Source of the DNA: a virus
Virus record (IMG/VR): IMGVR_UViG_3300028909_000017
Location: 32,001 to 96,000 of that record
Length of the DNA: 64,000 bases
Direction: 5' to 3' (one strand)
The notes beneath the pieces were generated by a model that made no database searches, had not been told where the DNA came from, and saw only the letters and a list, made by a program, of their open reading frames with translations. This document shows, piece after piece, positions 53,898 to 63,844 of the stretch. A program made the position numbers and the translations under genes. Numbering within the stretch: position 1 is the stretch's first letter; the number at the start of each line of letters is the position of its first letter.

Positions 53898-54139
53898 GTG
53901 AACTACCACGACCAAAAAAGTGATTTCCGAAGCCAATTGGCCTCATCTTTTATTCCTGCTTCCAATAATACATATCTAGAAATTAATTTCCTCGATAGAG
54001 GTATCTCCACAGACGTGTGAGGAATTGCAAGCAATCCCGTCAATTTCCGAAGGAACTTCGGAATTTTAAATTACAATTGAATTTCTTGGTTATCGAAATC
54101 CATTTATAAAGTTGGCGATTTTACGCTCGTAAGTTGGAA
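53898..54139 (-). mobile_element. Non-autonomous IS200/IS605-family element (copy 2)
   Basis: Homologous to 855-1156, same ends and TTTAT before the left end; supplies the stop codon of ORF 54121-54441. Confidence 0.7.
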
Positions 54140-54410
54140 ATAAATTCGACATAAAATTTTTCAGTTTTTGGTGATCCATTTAATTCGAAAGTTGCATCAA
54201 TAGATTTGTAATGTGTATCATCAATTTTGACCTTTATACTCTCACAATAGACGACCGCGGTATTCCATATAATTTTACCGTGCATTTCTTGGCAGATGTA
54301 ATAGTAATCTTCATCATCACTTGCAATACCCAATAATCGATATAATCTGTCAGAACAAATAACTATATCATTGTGAAATGGATACATTTCTTTTATAAAT
54401 CGATTATTTG

Positions 54411-54761
54411 TTAAAAATGTTTGTTCCAATGGCTCTGACATCTTACTTTAGCCCATCCCTCATTATTTAATGTGCCTGCTTCCCCACATATTTCACAGGT
54501 GTGATATGCTTTCTTTTCTGCTTCCCGAATCAAATTATAAATGTCGTTATTAGTCATATTGGTTGTATAACATCTTAATCCACCGAATTTTTCTTTTACC
54601 TGCAAGATTTGGAATGACAAATCTACAACTAATGGTTCTATTTTTTCAAATAATTCGTAAAGAATATTGAACCAACCATCCCCAATTTCAAGGCCCCATT
54701 TTCTCTGGAACCAAGATTTCGGAAACCGATCATAAATTTTATTTTCTAATTCTTTTGTCAT
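54411..54761 (-). CDS. Conserved phage hypothetical protein (QVKEKFGGLR type)
   Basis: GDGW, QVKEKFGGLR.Y, TCE.CG motifs. Confidence 0.65.
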   Translation of the reverse strand: MTKELENKIYDRFPKSWFQRKWGLEIGDGWFNILYELFEKIEPLVVDLSFQILQVKEKFGGLRCYTTNMTNNDIYNLIREAEKKAYHTCEICGEAGTLNNEGWAKVRCQSHWNKHF

Positions 54762-55807
54762 TATTGATTTCCTAATTTTTCGTATATCGTATTGTGAGTA
54801 TGATTAACTCGAACAAATGTTGTTTTTTCATTCATTTCTGAAATTTCATGGGCCCCAATATAGGTCATTGTACTTCGTAAACCACCAAGAATATCTAAAA
54901 TAGTGCGTTCAACCGGTCCTTTTGCTGGCAACATTACATGTCGTCCTTCACTAGTTCGATATTTCGACATACCATTATTAAATTCTTGCATAGCTTTTTC
55001 ACTGCTCATTCCATAAAATTCTACAAATGTTTTTCCAGATGAATCGGTAACTTTTTTTGAATCAACTTCATCGTGTCCAGCTAACATTGATCCGAGCATT
55101 ACAAAATCTGATCCCGCGCCAAATGCTTTTCCAATATCTCCCGGAGTTTTGCATCCACCATCTGAACAAATATATGCATTCATATCGTATGCAACTTCCG
55201 TGCATTCAATTAACGCGCTAATCATTGGATAACCAACGCCTGTTTTTAATCGAGTCAGACATCCAGCCCCGCCCCCAATCCCACATTTAATTATCGAAGC
55301 GCCTGCATTAATTAATGCAATAGTTTGATCTGGTGTTACAACATTACCCGCCATAATTATTGCGTCGGGATTTTCATTACGTAATTGTGAAACTGTATCA
55401 AGAAAAGTATTTCGATATCCATTTGCAACATCGATACATATTTTGTCTATATTTTTATTATAATTAACTTTTTTAAATTTGTCAAGATCTTCTTTCTTTG
55501 ATCCCACCGTGTACCAACATAAATCTTTTGCTGGACTATTTTCAAAAAATTTCTGTAAATCATATTCAGAATAATATTTGTGTAACGCCGACATCATATT
55601 GTGTTTGGCCAATTCTTCCGCCATTTTAAAACTTGACACGGTTGTCATATTAGCAGAAATAATTGGGACACAAGACAATGTTTTTGTTGTATTAAGAAAG
55701 GTAAATTCTCTGATTAAATTTACATCTGACCGTGAATTTAAATTATTAGGTTGGGGCACGATTAATACATCATCAAAATCTAATTTAATGTCGTTTAATA
55801 TTTTCAT
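54761..55807 (-). CDS. guaC: GMP reductase
   Basis: LDFDDVL..P, CIDVANGY, AGNVVT, GIG.G..C.TR.KTGVGYP, SDGGC..PGD, FYGMSS, SEG. Confidence 0.93.
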   Translation of the reverse strand: MKILNDIKLDFDDVLIVPQPNNLNSRSDVNLIREFTFLNTTKTLSCVPIISANMTTVSSFKMAEELAKHNMMSALHKYYSEYDLQKFFENSPAKDLCWYTVGSKKEDLDKFKKVNYNKNIDKICIDVANGYRNTFLDTVSQLRNENPDAIIMAGNVVTPDQTIALINAGASIIKCGIGGGAGCLTRLKTGVGYPMISALIECTEVAYDMNAYICSDGGCKTPGDIGKAFGAGSDFVMLGSMLAGHDEVDSKKVTDSSGKTFVEFYGMSSEKAMQEFNNGMSKYRTSEGRHVMLPAKGPVERTILDILGGLRSTMTYIGAHEISEMNEKTTFVRVNHTHNTIYEKLGNQ

Positions 55808-55809
55808 TT

Positions 55810-57263
55810 TTATCCTGGGTATGATTTTACCGAATTAAGGTAAAGGTATTTTTTCTTATTGCTATCTTTCTTTCGTATTGCTTGAATTTCACGAAAATAT
55901 TGGATCATTGCCGCCTGGCTTAATTGTCCGGAAATATATGCAGAAACATATTGGGCATATTCTTTTTCTTCCGGAGAAATTGTATATTGAGATAGTAAAA
56001 TATATAATTTTTTAAGATATTGATGTTTCATTTTTTCTGGATTACATGCTGCATCTAAAGCAACAATAAATCGAGCAATTGTTGATTCTAGTTTTGCAGT
56101 ATCGGTATTAAGCCAATCCCACCGGGACTTCGAAATTCAATATAGCCATCTTTTATATTTACGCTTGTATATTTTTCGGTCTTATTGAAAATGCCACTTA
56201 TAATTCTTATTGCCCACCCATTTAATTTATGTTTCATATTATTAAGATATTGGTTTAATATTTCCGAATCAGTTCCTAATTTAGCTCCTATTGTTCCTAA
56301 AGCAGGCTTACAAAATGAATTTGCACCTCTTCCAAATTCATCCAATATATAATTATCTCCCAACATTAACACAAGTTTTACATAATCGAGTTTTGAAACA
56401 TTATAATTTGGAAGGCTAACATTAATATGTAAACCGGTCGAGTCATTTGTGTAACATCCCTGCGTATTTGCCCATGTTTTTACGCGGTGAAGGTCAGAAA
56501 TCATGTCTTGAAAAGATAAAGGCGGTGAAATAAATTCAAGCCCGGCATCACTTTCGCTGTCGACAGTTATACTTGCATCTGTTTCTACACTATAGCCTGA
56601 TGTACTTCGTTTTGCACCATGATATTCGGATGACGAAAAACTAACGGGGCGAACTGCTTCCGAAAATGAATCGGTAATATATTCTAAATCTAATTCATCT
56701 TCTCCGCTAATTTCATTATAATACGGCCAATCAATGTCGTATTGTTGTTCAACATCACTCATCCATAGTAACCCTTCATAGTTTAGCCAATCGGCTTCAT
56801 TACTATATTGATCATCCGCTCTATCATCTAGCCATTCTTGCTTTATCTCATCATAACTAGAACCTTTCTCATTATATAAATCTTCTTCTATTTGATCTTT
56901 ATCATCTGAATCGATTATTGATAAGAATTCATTAATTGCATTTCTTTTACCATAATTATTCCAATCATCATCACAAGTTTCCGACCACCATATATCAAAA
57001 CTGTTTGTTAATTTTGTTTTAAATCTATCTAATATGTATGTTGAATTATAATTAACATAATCAAAAAATTCTACTATTTGGTCGATACTTTCACATCGAA
57101 TATCTGCATCGTCATCTCTTTCCTCAGTAGTATCTGACTTACTTATAATATCTTGGACACACATTTCAAATTCAATACCCACTTTCGCGGGAATTTTTGA
57201 GGCAATTGAAATTAAGACGTTTGGGCTTGCTTTATATTCGGTAATTATTTCTTTGATTCTCAT
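55810..57263 (-). CDS. Putative amidoligase-family protein, frameshifted near 56118
   Basis: G.EFE, DASI, LEFISPPL, TGLHIN, IEFR; one added G gives SPGGDWL...ALDAACNPEK into 55810-56031; MRIKEII start after TATAAATA. Confidence 0.7.
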
Positions 57264-57281
57264 ATATGTATTTATAGTTTT

Positions 57282-57355
57282 TGGAGCGTCCAATCGGATT
57301 TGAACCGATACCCACTGGGTGGAAACCAGTGATACTACCATTATACTATGGACGC
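57282..57355 (-). tRNA. tRNA-Gly(TCC)
   Basis: ACTGG-TTTCCAC-CCAGT, U73-CCA. Confidence 0.9.
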
Positions 57356-57363
57356 GTGAAAGT

Positions 57364-57438
57364 TGGAGCCCCGAGCCGGAATTGAACCGGCGACATTTCG
57401 CTTACAAGGCGAATGCTCTACAACTGAGCTACCGGGGC
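57364..57438 (-). tRNA. tRNA-Thr(TGT)
   Basis: TTCGC-CTTGTAA-GCGAA, CCA encoded. Confidence 0.92.
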
Positions 57439-57462
57439 ATACTAATATTTATCTTTAATCTT

Positions 57463-57537
57463 TGGTGCTCCTAGGCAAAATCGAATTGCCATTTTCAACT
57501 TAGGGGGTTGTTTTCTTATCCGTTAGAAGATAGGAGC
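57463..57537 (-). tRNA. tRNA-Arg(CCT), C at position 33
   Basis: CAAC-CCCCTAA-GTTG, A20 in the D-loop, CCA encoded. Confidence 0.75.
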
Positions 57538-57542
57538 AAATT

Positions 57543-58121
57543 TCACTTTAGAACATCGACTACGAAATCGTGAAAATTATTAACCTCAATAACATCAATA
57601 TCTGGTTGAACTCGATACGAAAAAATTCGATAATATAATTGTGTTTCTGGTGAATATTTATCAATCGAAACTAAATTAGTATAATTATCGTCAATGAATG
57701 CATCTAAGTCTAATGCGGCAACAACCGGACCTTTTTCATTAGTTACAATCACTGTCGGACATTGAATTTGAAAAATATTTTTGATCCATCTATTTGTTTG
57801 TTTTTCAACCGGATCACCTAAAGTCGATGTTCTTGTGGTAATGAAATATAATTTTGCCATGTCATCTAAAAGTTCAAGATGAATATTTTTAACATCGTTT
57901 TGTTTTTCTAGTGTTTCCCAAAAATTATGGTACTGAGATAATTTACTCCAAGATTGCTTTAACTGATCCGGGGATAAATTCCAATTCTTAAAATCCCAAT
58001 CTGTTGGATCATCGACAATCGATGTACCATGCAATTCATTATTCAAATTACGAAAAGTTTTGACAAAATTTGATAAAACCCCGTCAATGTCTATTCCAAT
58101 CTTTTTTCGATTATCTTTCAT
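57543..58121 (-). CDS. 5'(3')-deoxyribonucleotidase (HAD family)
   Basis: DIDGVL, IT.R, K, FIDD. Confidence 0.82.
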   Translation of the reverse strand: MKDNRKKIGIDIDGVLSNFVKTFRNLNNELHGTSIVDDPTDWDFKNWNLSPDQLKQSWSKLSQYHNFWETLEKQNDVKNIHLELLDDMAKLYFITTRTSTLGDPVEKQTNRWIKNIFQIQCPTVIVTNEKGPVVAALDLDAFIDDNYTNLVSIDKYSPETQLYYRIFSYRVQPDIDVIEVNNFHDFVVDVLK

Positions 58122-58123
58122 TA

Positions 58124-58798
58124 TTACTCCAAAGGTAGATTATTTTCTTCACGCGCCTTACGAATTTTAAATGAAGGCCAAATATCAATTTGGGCATTTT
58201 TGGATTCTGATAAAACATATCGATAATTTTGATAATTACGATCAAGCCCAAAAAAAGATTTCAATTCATCTTCATTCTCACATCGTATAAAAGTTTCACC
58301 TGGTTTTGTTCTATCATATACCGAAACAACATGCCCATCCGCAAATAATTTTTTCCAAATTTTGAAACCAGATGTACTCAATGTTTTATCACTGATTAAT
58401 AAATTTTTAGGTGAACCATCTAAATTTTTTAAATCGTTAAGAATTGCAAGATAAAGATCACTTGCATATGGACTTCCTGTTGCCTCAGGATTTTTGCCTG
58501 TTATTAACACAGCGACATTTCTTGGTTTCTTTTCCAAAGAAGTTCCGACCCAAAATATACCATTTTTTTCAAACCAATAGTAAACATCATCCGTTAGTTC
58601 AATACGAAATAAATTATTATTTAATTTTTCAATTGAATTTGGCTTTGCTTTTCTAATATCATCAATATCATTTTTAATTGTCGGCCATGCAGCAAATTCC
58701 ATTACTTCAGGTTCTTCATATAACCACGATTCGTTAAAAGCGGTTCTTCCAAATTTGTTTTTCCAATTATTTGTTGATATAATTTCTTTAATTTTCAT
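58124..58798 (-). CDS. Paralog family member 1 (intact), possible GNAT-like fold
   Basis: MKIKEI; GKNP...PYASDLYL; SDKTLS..GFKIWKKL. Confidence 0.7.
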   Translation of the reverse strand: MKIKEIISTNNWKNKFGRTAFNESWLYEEPEVMEFAAWPTIKNDIDDIRKAKPNSIEKLNNNLFRIELTDDVYYWFEKNGIFWVGTSLEKKPRNVAVLITGKNPEATGSPYASDLYLAILNDLKNLDGSPKNLLISDKTLSTSGFKIWKKLFADGHVVSVYDRTKPGETFIRCENEDELKSFFGLDRNYQNYRYVLSESKNAQIDIWPSFKIRKAREENNLPLE

Positions 58799-58800
58799 TT

Positions 58801-59450
58801 TTAATCTTCTAATGGTAAATTATTTTCTTCCCTTAATTTTCTTAAACCAAAATATGAATATATTTCAGCAAATTTTTTCGATGATTCAGATAAAATATAT
58901 TGATAATTTTGATAACTTTTTCCAACCCCAAAATATTTTTGCATTTCTTCAAAGGACTTAAAATGTTCAAATGATTCTCCGGGTTTACTTCTGTTGTATA
59001 AAGAAATTTTATGACCATCGTTAAATAATTTTTTCCGAATTTTAAATCCATCGTCACTAAGAGTTTTATCGCTGCTAAGACAAACATTATTTCCGCAATC
59101 CTTTAAAATCGATAAATATAAATCGATCGCATATGGTTGTTTTCCAGTATATTTTGGATCTTTTCCGACCATTCTAACAATGTAGGCATATTTTTGCTTT
59201 TCTAAAGTTACGCCCAAAACAATTTTAGAATTAATTTCAACCCAATAATAAATATTTTCTGTTAACTCCATTTTTTAATACCATTATTCAAGGTAATAAT
59301 GTTATCCGGATAAATCTGTATTATTTCTAAAATAACATTTTTAATACCCGGCCAAGAATTAAACGTCATTTTTTCGGGTGATTCCGACAAAAATGATCTA
59401 TTAAAATATGTTCTATCCGAGCAACTATTAATTATTTCTTTAATTTTCAT
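58801..59450 (-). CDS. Paralog family member 2 (frameshift at A-run ~59273)
   Basis: Two ORFs join as NGIKK-MELTENIYYW. Confidence 0.65.
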
Positions 59451-59468
59451 TTATATTCCTTTATTTTA

Positions 59469-59546
59469 TGGTGCCCGTGGAGAGATTCGAACTCCCGACC
59501 CTTTGCTTAGAAGGCAAATGCTCTAATCCAACTGAGCTACACGGGC
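59469..59546 (-). tRNA. tRNA-Arg(TCT)
   Basis: TTTGC-CTTCTAA-GCAAA, canonical arms, CCA. Confidence 0.93.
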
Positions 59547-59553
59547 AAAACTT

Positions 59554-59628
59554 TGGAGCCGTTCCCGAGATTTGCGCTCGGCTCTTATCGTTACGAAGGA
59601 TAAAAATCGCTATCTATTATTGAACGGC
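59554..59628 (-). tRNA. tRNA-Thr(CGT), atypical D-arm and T-loop
   Basis: GCCGTTC/GAACGGC, loop TTCGTAA, T-loop CGCAAAT, CCA. Confidence 0.65.
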
Positions 59629-59876
59629 ATAAAATACATTACTTATCTTTTCTATAATGTGTATTATTGTATGACCATTTTTTAAGTTTATTTACCACTT
59701 TTACAATTTCCGGAGTTGTAAAATCCGGATTCATACCGCATAAAAGTTGTCCAATTGGTCGAAAGCTTTTTCTAAGTTGATTTATATATTCCCTTTTAAT
59801 CTTTAAAGGAAGTCGGTGATATTGTGCGAGAATAAATATTGCCGTTGCTTCAATTTCATTAAATCTAATTGGCATA

Positions 59877-60547
59877 TTAATCATCTGTTCCCAATGGTGT
59901 ATTCTCTCGAATTTTTCGTATTCCGAAATTACTCATCACCGATCCTAACATATAATTTGATTCGCATAATACATATTGGTAATTCTGATATTTTTTATCA
60001 GTGTTAAAATAATTTTGCATATCATCTAATGTTAAAAATTTAACAAACGTTGCCCCTGGCTTATTTTTATCATATAAACCAACTCGATGTCCATTATTAT
60101 ACAACTTTTCCCAAATTTTAAAACCATCTTCACTTAATTTATCATCACTCATCAATCGAATATTTTTTCCAATATCTTTTAAAATGTTTAAATACAAATC
60201 ACTCGCGTAAGGTGCTTTTCCTGTAAAAATAGGATTTTTTCCCAGTAATTCACCAACAGCCGCCTGTGGTCGTAATGATAAAGAAACTCCGATGGCAAAA
60301 ACATTATCAATTTCAATCCAATAAAATACATGCTCCAGGAAAACAATTTTTTAAGTCCATTAGTTAAGTCAATTATACCATTAGCGTATGGTATAAATTC
60401 ATCTATTATATTTTTAATTCCTGGCCATGTTGGAAATTTCCCAATATTTATTGGTGATTCATACAACCAGGTTTCATTAAAATCAGTTCTACTTGTTTGC
60501 CCGTTGCCCCATTTTTTATTTTTTAATATAATTTCATTAATTTTCAT
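59877..60547 (-). CDS. Paralog family member 3 (frameshift at A-run ~60350)
   Basis: Joins as GLKK-IVFLEHVFYW...GKNP...PYASDLYL. Confidence 0.65.
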
Positions 60548-60569
60548 CTATATTCCTATAATTATTTTT

Positions 60570-60721
60570 CATTGGTGGGTTACTTATTAACCGCTAGATT
60601 AATATATTACCACTATTCAGCTAGCCCATCGGACCTCCCATATATTGCCGTGATCGCATATATATTTCGACTGATTTAGGACTGCATCACCTGCGCCTTC
60701 CCTTATGTCCACTCCACAATG
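60570..60721 (-). ncRNA. Putative structured RNA of unknown family
   Basis: GC-richer non-coding island after tRNA-Val; ends pair (CATTG-TGG / CCA-C-CAATG), internal GGAC/GTCC, TCAG/CTGA and ATATAT-TGC hairpin. Confidence 0.35.
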
Positions 60722-60744
60722 CAATGAAAATTTAATCTTTTATA

Positions 60745-60819
60745 TAGCCGCTCTCGGATTTGAACCGAGGACCTCTTCTTTGTAAGAGAAGCGTTCTAAA
60801 CCATCTGGACTAAGCGGCT
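60745..60819 (-). tRNA. tRNA-Val(TAC)
   Basis: CTTCT-CTTACAA-AGAAG, A73, no CCA. Confidence 0.9.
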
Positions 60820-60841
60820 TCGTTATAACTTTTTAATATCT

Positions 60842-60981
60842 TGGACTTACGGCGGAGAATGATAGAAGCATCATCTATCAAGAAGGAGAGCAGCATCCTA
60901 GTTCTTATGCGCATTATCATCTAGGCCCTCGCTCTTAGTGCGACCTCTTCCGACTGAGCTGTCGTTCTCTCCCGTAAATCC
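60842..60981 (-). ncRNA. tRNA-like structured RNA (140 nt)
   Basis: 10-bp terminal stem GGATTTACGG/CCGTAAGTCC, D-arm-like AGCTCAGTCGGAAGAG, TCGC/GCGA hairpin with 7-nt loop, T-arm-like ATAGA/TCTAT. Confidence 0.5.
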
Positions 60982-60989
60982 ACGATATT

Positions 60990-61660
60990 TTAATCATCTG
61001 TTCCCAATGGCGTTTCTTCTCGAATTTTTCTAATACCAAAAATTCCAGTTAGATTACCCAATTCATTTTTTGATTCACACAAAACAAAATTATAATTTCG
61101 ATAATTTTTATCTTTTTTGAAATATGATTCTATGTCTGCCAATGTAAGAAATTTTACAAATGTTTTGCCGGGTTTATTTTTATCATATATGGCAACCGTA
61201 TGACCCAATGCATATAATTTTTTCCAAATGTTAAATCCGTCTTTACTTAATTTATCATCACTTTGCAATCGAATATTTTTGCCGCAATCTGCGAGAATAT
61301 TTAAGTAAAAATCACTTCCATACGGCGGTTTTCCTTTCAATTCAGGATTTTTTTCCAGTATTTCTAATTACATTACTATATGGACGTTTTTCTAAAACAG
61401 ATCCAATTGTTACTTTTCCATCTTTTTCCACCCCAATAAAATAATTGTTCTGACGTTTCGATTTTATATATTTCTACTGGCAATAAAATTGGTTTGAAAA
61501 AATTTTTCATATCCGAAATTATATCTACCAAACCATCATATGTAGGAAATTCCCCGGTATCTTCGGGTGATTCAATTAAAAAAGATTCGTTAAACGAGGT
61601 TCTATCTGTACTGCCAATTCCCCATTTTTTACTGCTCGAAAATAATTCTTTTATTTTCAT
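60990..61660 (-). CDS. Paralog family member 4 (two homopolymer insertions)
   Basis: Extra G near 61432 and extra A near 61350; otherwise collinear with members 1-3. Confidence 0.65.
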
Positions 61661-61673
61661 GTATTCTCTAAAG

Positions 61674-61749
61674 TGGTGATCCCGGGAGAAGTTGCATCTC
61701 CATATCAGGTTTCGTAGACCTGTACCTTATCTAGTTAGATGACGGGACC
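61674..61749 (-). tRNA. tRNA-Arg(ACG)
   Basis: CAGGT-CTACGAA-ACCTG, atypical T-loop TGCAACT, CCA. Confidence 0.8.
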
Positions 61750-61758
61750 AAAAATATT

Positions 61759-61831
61759 TGATCCCCGTAGAATTCGAATCTACATTTACGGTTTCGAAGA
61801 CCGTTACTCTATCCAATTGAGTTAGAGGACC
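61759..61831 (-). tRNA. tRNA-Arg(TCG)
   Basis: ACGGT-CTTCGAA-ACCGT, no CCA. Confidence 0.9.
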
Positions 61832-61879
61832 GTATAATTTTATTAATTTCGAGCTAACCTTCCTATTTTGAAAAATAAA

Positions 61880-62824
61880 TTACAAATCTTTAACCCAAAA
61901 GGTGCCTTCAAAAGTAGGTTCCATTACCATTTCTTTGGAAAACCCAAAACTTTTTGCCAAATTATCATAAAACATTTTAATTTTATTAATTTCTGTACCT
62001 ACCAAGGGGTCCCGCTTACTTATGCTTTCTGCGGTATGTAAAGCAATATGTTTTATATTGCTTTTTCTTGCTATTGAAATTAAACTCGATAGGCCTTCTT
62101 CCATCCAATCACGAAATAAAAATACTAATCTATTTTTAATTTCTTCGAGTTTTTCAACTGTATAACCATAACGAGGAATCATTTCTTTTGCCTGATAAAA
62201 TTGTTCATGACTTATCTTGGCACGAAGCATTTCTTTCCCTTTTTCACCTAATGTCGATTCAAAATCTTCGTATGTATCCGATAATAAAATAGCGGTTGCT
62301 TGCTTAATTGAGTTTATGAGATCAGATTGCACTTCATCAATTAAAATCCAATCTTTATTAATATCATCAATTCTCATCCATCCCACTGTTGTTTTCGAAA
62401 CAGGGTGACCGGATTGTTGACTGCTCTGATTAACCATATCTAAATATTGAAATAATAAACGATCTTTTTTAATTTCGTTAGATATATTTGCATTACGATT
62501 AATTTGCATTACCGTTTGCTTAACTGGTCGAAAAGAAGTTTCTGGATCATTATATGATGCATAAGAAATATTATATTTTTTGGGCGAAATATAATTATCT
62601 AAATATGATTTAACATCTTCTATTTTAATATTTGGCTGATTATGTCGAATCTTTTCAATTACATAATTAAATTTTTGCCCAATTTGTTGAAATTTTTTTT
62701 GAAAATCGCGCCAAGAAATTGAAGAAATATTATTATTTTTCATCCATTGATATACTGTCGATATAGCTTCATATTCTGGCGATAACGTATGTTTAAGGTC
62801 GGTTGTTATTTCATAAAGTCTCAT
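61880..62824 (-). CDS. Hypothetical late protein with W.R...IDEVQSD motif
   Basis: CATAAATA late promoter, MRLYEI start; the EVQSD motif recalls a segment of large phage polyvalent/DarB-like proteins. Confidence 0.55.
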   Translation of the reverse strand: MRLYEITTDLKHTLSPEYEAISTVYQWMKNNNISSISWRDFQKKFQQIGQKFNYVIEKIRHNQPNIKIEDVKSYLDNYISPKKYNISYASYNDPETSFRPVKQTVMQINRNANISNEIKKDRLLFQYLDMVNQSSQQSGHPVSKTTVGWMRIDDINKDWILIDEVQSDLINSIKQATAILLSDTYEDFESTLGEKGKEMLRAKISHEQFYQAKEMIPRYGYTVEKLEEIKNRLVFLFRDWMEEGLSSLISIARKSNIKHIALHTAESISKRDPLVGTEINKIKMFYDNLAKSFGFSKEMVMEPTFEGTFWVKDL

Positions 62825-62873
62825 ATTGTTATTTATGACAATGAACTACCGTGAGCCCAACAATAAATTTTTA

Positions 62874-62917
62874 ATTAATTTTCGCTTCCGATAATTCTTT
62901 AATTAATGAATCCACAT
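62874..62917. repeat. 44-bp direct repeat, copy 1 (copy 2 at 63925-63968), flanking the AlaRS-like gene
   Basis: 42/44 identical. Confidence 0.8.
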
Positions 62918-62923
62918 AATTAT

Positions 62924-63844
62924 TTACTCTAACAATTTAATTTCTTCCGGAAGGATTCCAAATGTTTCCCACCAAAATTCCGGACCACGATCTTTAAATT
63001 TTTTCCAAACTTTATGACCGTCACTTAATTTTTTATTCATAAGAATTACTTCTGCTTCCATCAATTCTTTAAATGAAAACATTTTAAAATCTTTTTCGTC
63101 TTTAATAAACCTTCGAATTAATTTCCTACAAATATATTGTTTACCTTTTCCACCAGGAAAAATATTTTGAGATATTAAAAGTCTGATTGTTCTTAAATGA
63201 TCTCGGCTTATGGGAGATAAATTTTGGTCAAATAAAGAGCTTTCATCTACCCTACTACAACCTCCAATTAATTGAATCAATCTTTCAAAACCAAATCCAA
63301 CATCAATAGAATGCTTATTAGGATTTACCAAATTACCTATTTCTAATTTATTGCTGAACATTTCACAACAATAATCACCATTGTCGGTTTCACATGATTT
63401 CCATATACATTCCGAATCGAATTTTGTTTTAAATCCCAATTTAACCCAAATATTTTGATGATTGGACATCGGATTACACGTTACATAATCAATATTAATT
63501 CCCAAATTATTAATAATATTTGACCACATTTCGCAATGTTGTTCGTAATTATTGGTACCGAATCCAAAACTACCAACCATAGTAAAACTAGTTAGATGAG
63601 ATCCATCTCCGACTAAATCGATATCATTTGTTCGAATACATTTTTGAAAAGTGCCCAACTGTGTTTTATTGGGATTATTGAATAAATGCTTTAATGGCTG
63701 CATTCCAGAACATATAAATAATGTACTTTTGTCAATATCATTTGGAATAATGTTATTATTGGTTGACCAGATAATATTATTTTTTCTAAATTCATCGGTA
63801 ATCACATTGATTACTGATTTCGAATTGTGTCCTGCTGTGTACAC
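62924..63844 (-). CDS. Truncated alanyl-tRNA synthetase-like protein (aminoacylation domain only)
   Basis: D.STLF..SGMQPLK, QKCIRT.D.D.VGD..HLT.F.M.G.F.FG, LEIGNLV, IDVGFG.ERL, DH.RT, Y..RKLIRR; 306 aa, no editing or C-Ala domain. Confidence 0.85.
   Translation of the reverse strand: MYTAGHNSKSVINVITDEFRKNNIIWSTNNNIIPNDIDKSTLFICSGMQPLKHLFNNPNKTQLGTFQKCIRTNDIDLVGDGSHLTSFTMVGSFGFGTNNYEQHCEMWSNIINNLGINIDYVTCNPMSNHQNIWVKLGFKTKFDSECIWKSCETDNGDYCCEMFSNKLEIGNLVNPNKHSIDVGFGFERLIQLIGGCSRVDESSLFDQNLSPISRDHLRTIRLLISQNIFPGGKGKQYICRKLIRRFIKDEKDFKMFSFKELMEAEVILMNKKLSDGHKVWKKFKDRGPEFWWETFGILPEEIKLLE

Noticed and set aside
57463-57537. Amber suppressor reading (CTA) of this tRNA
   Set aside because: The 7-nt loop CCCCTAA centres CCT, and the D-loop has the Arg determinant A20
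58801-61660. Programmed frameshifting in the paralog array (two at the same A6 site)
   Set aside because: Single-base gains and losses in homopolymers break at least ten unrelated genes across the window (e.g. near 432, 2950, 7270, 22890, 46155, 52990, 56118), the signature of long-read error; short-read polishing would settle it
62841-62860. Third IS605-like right end (TGAACTACCGTGAGC)
   Set aside because: Only about 10 nt of similarity, with no scaffold or left end
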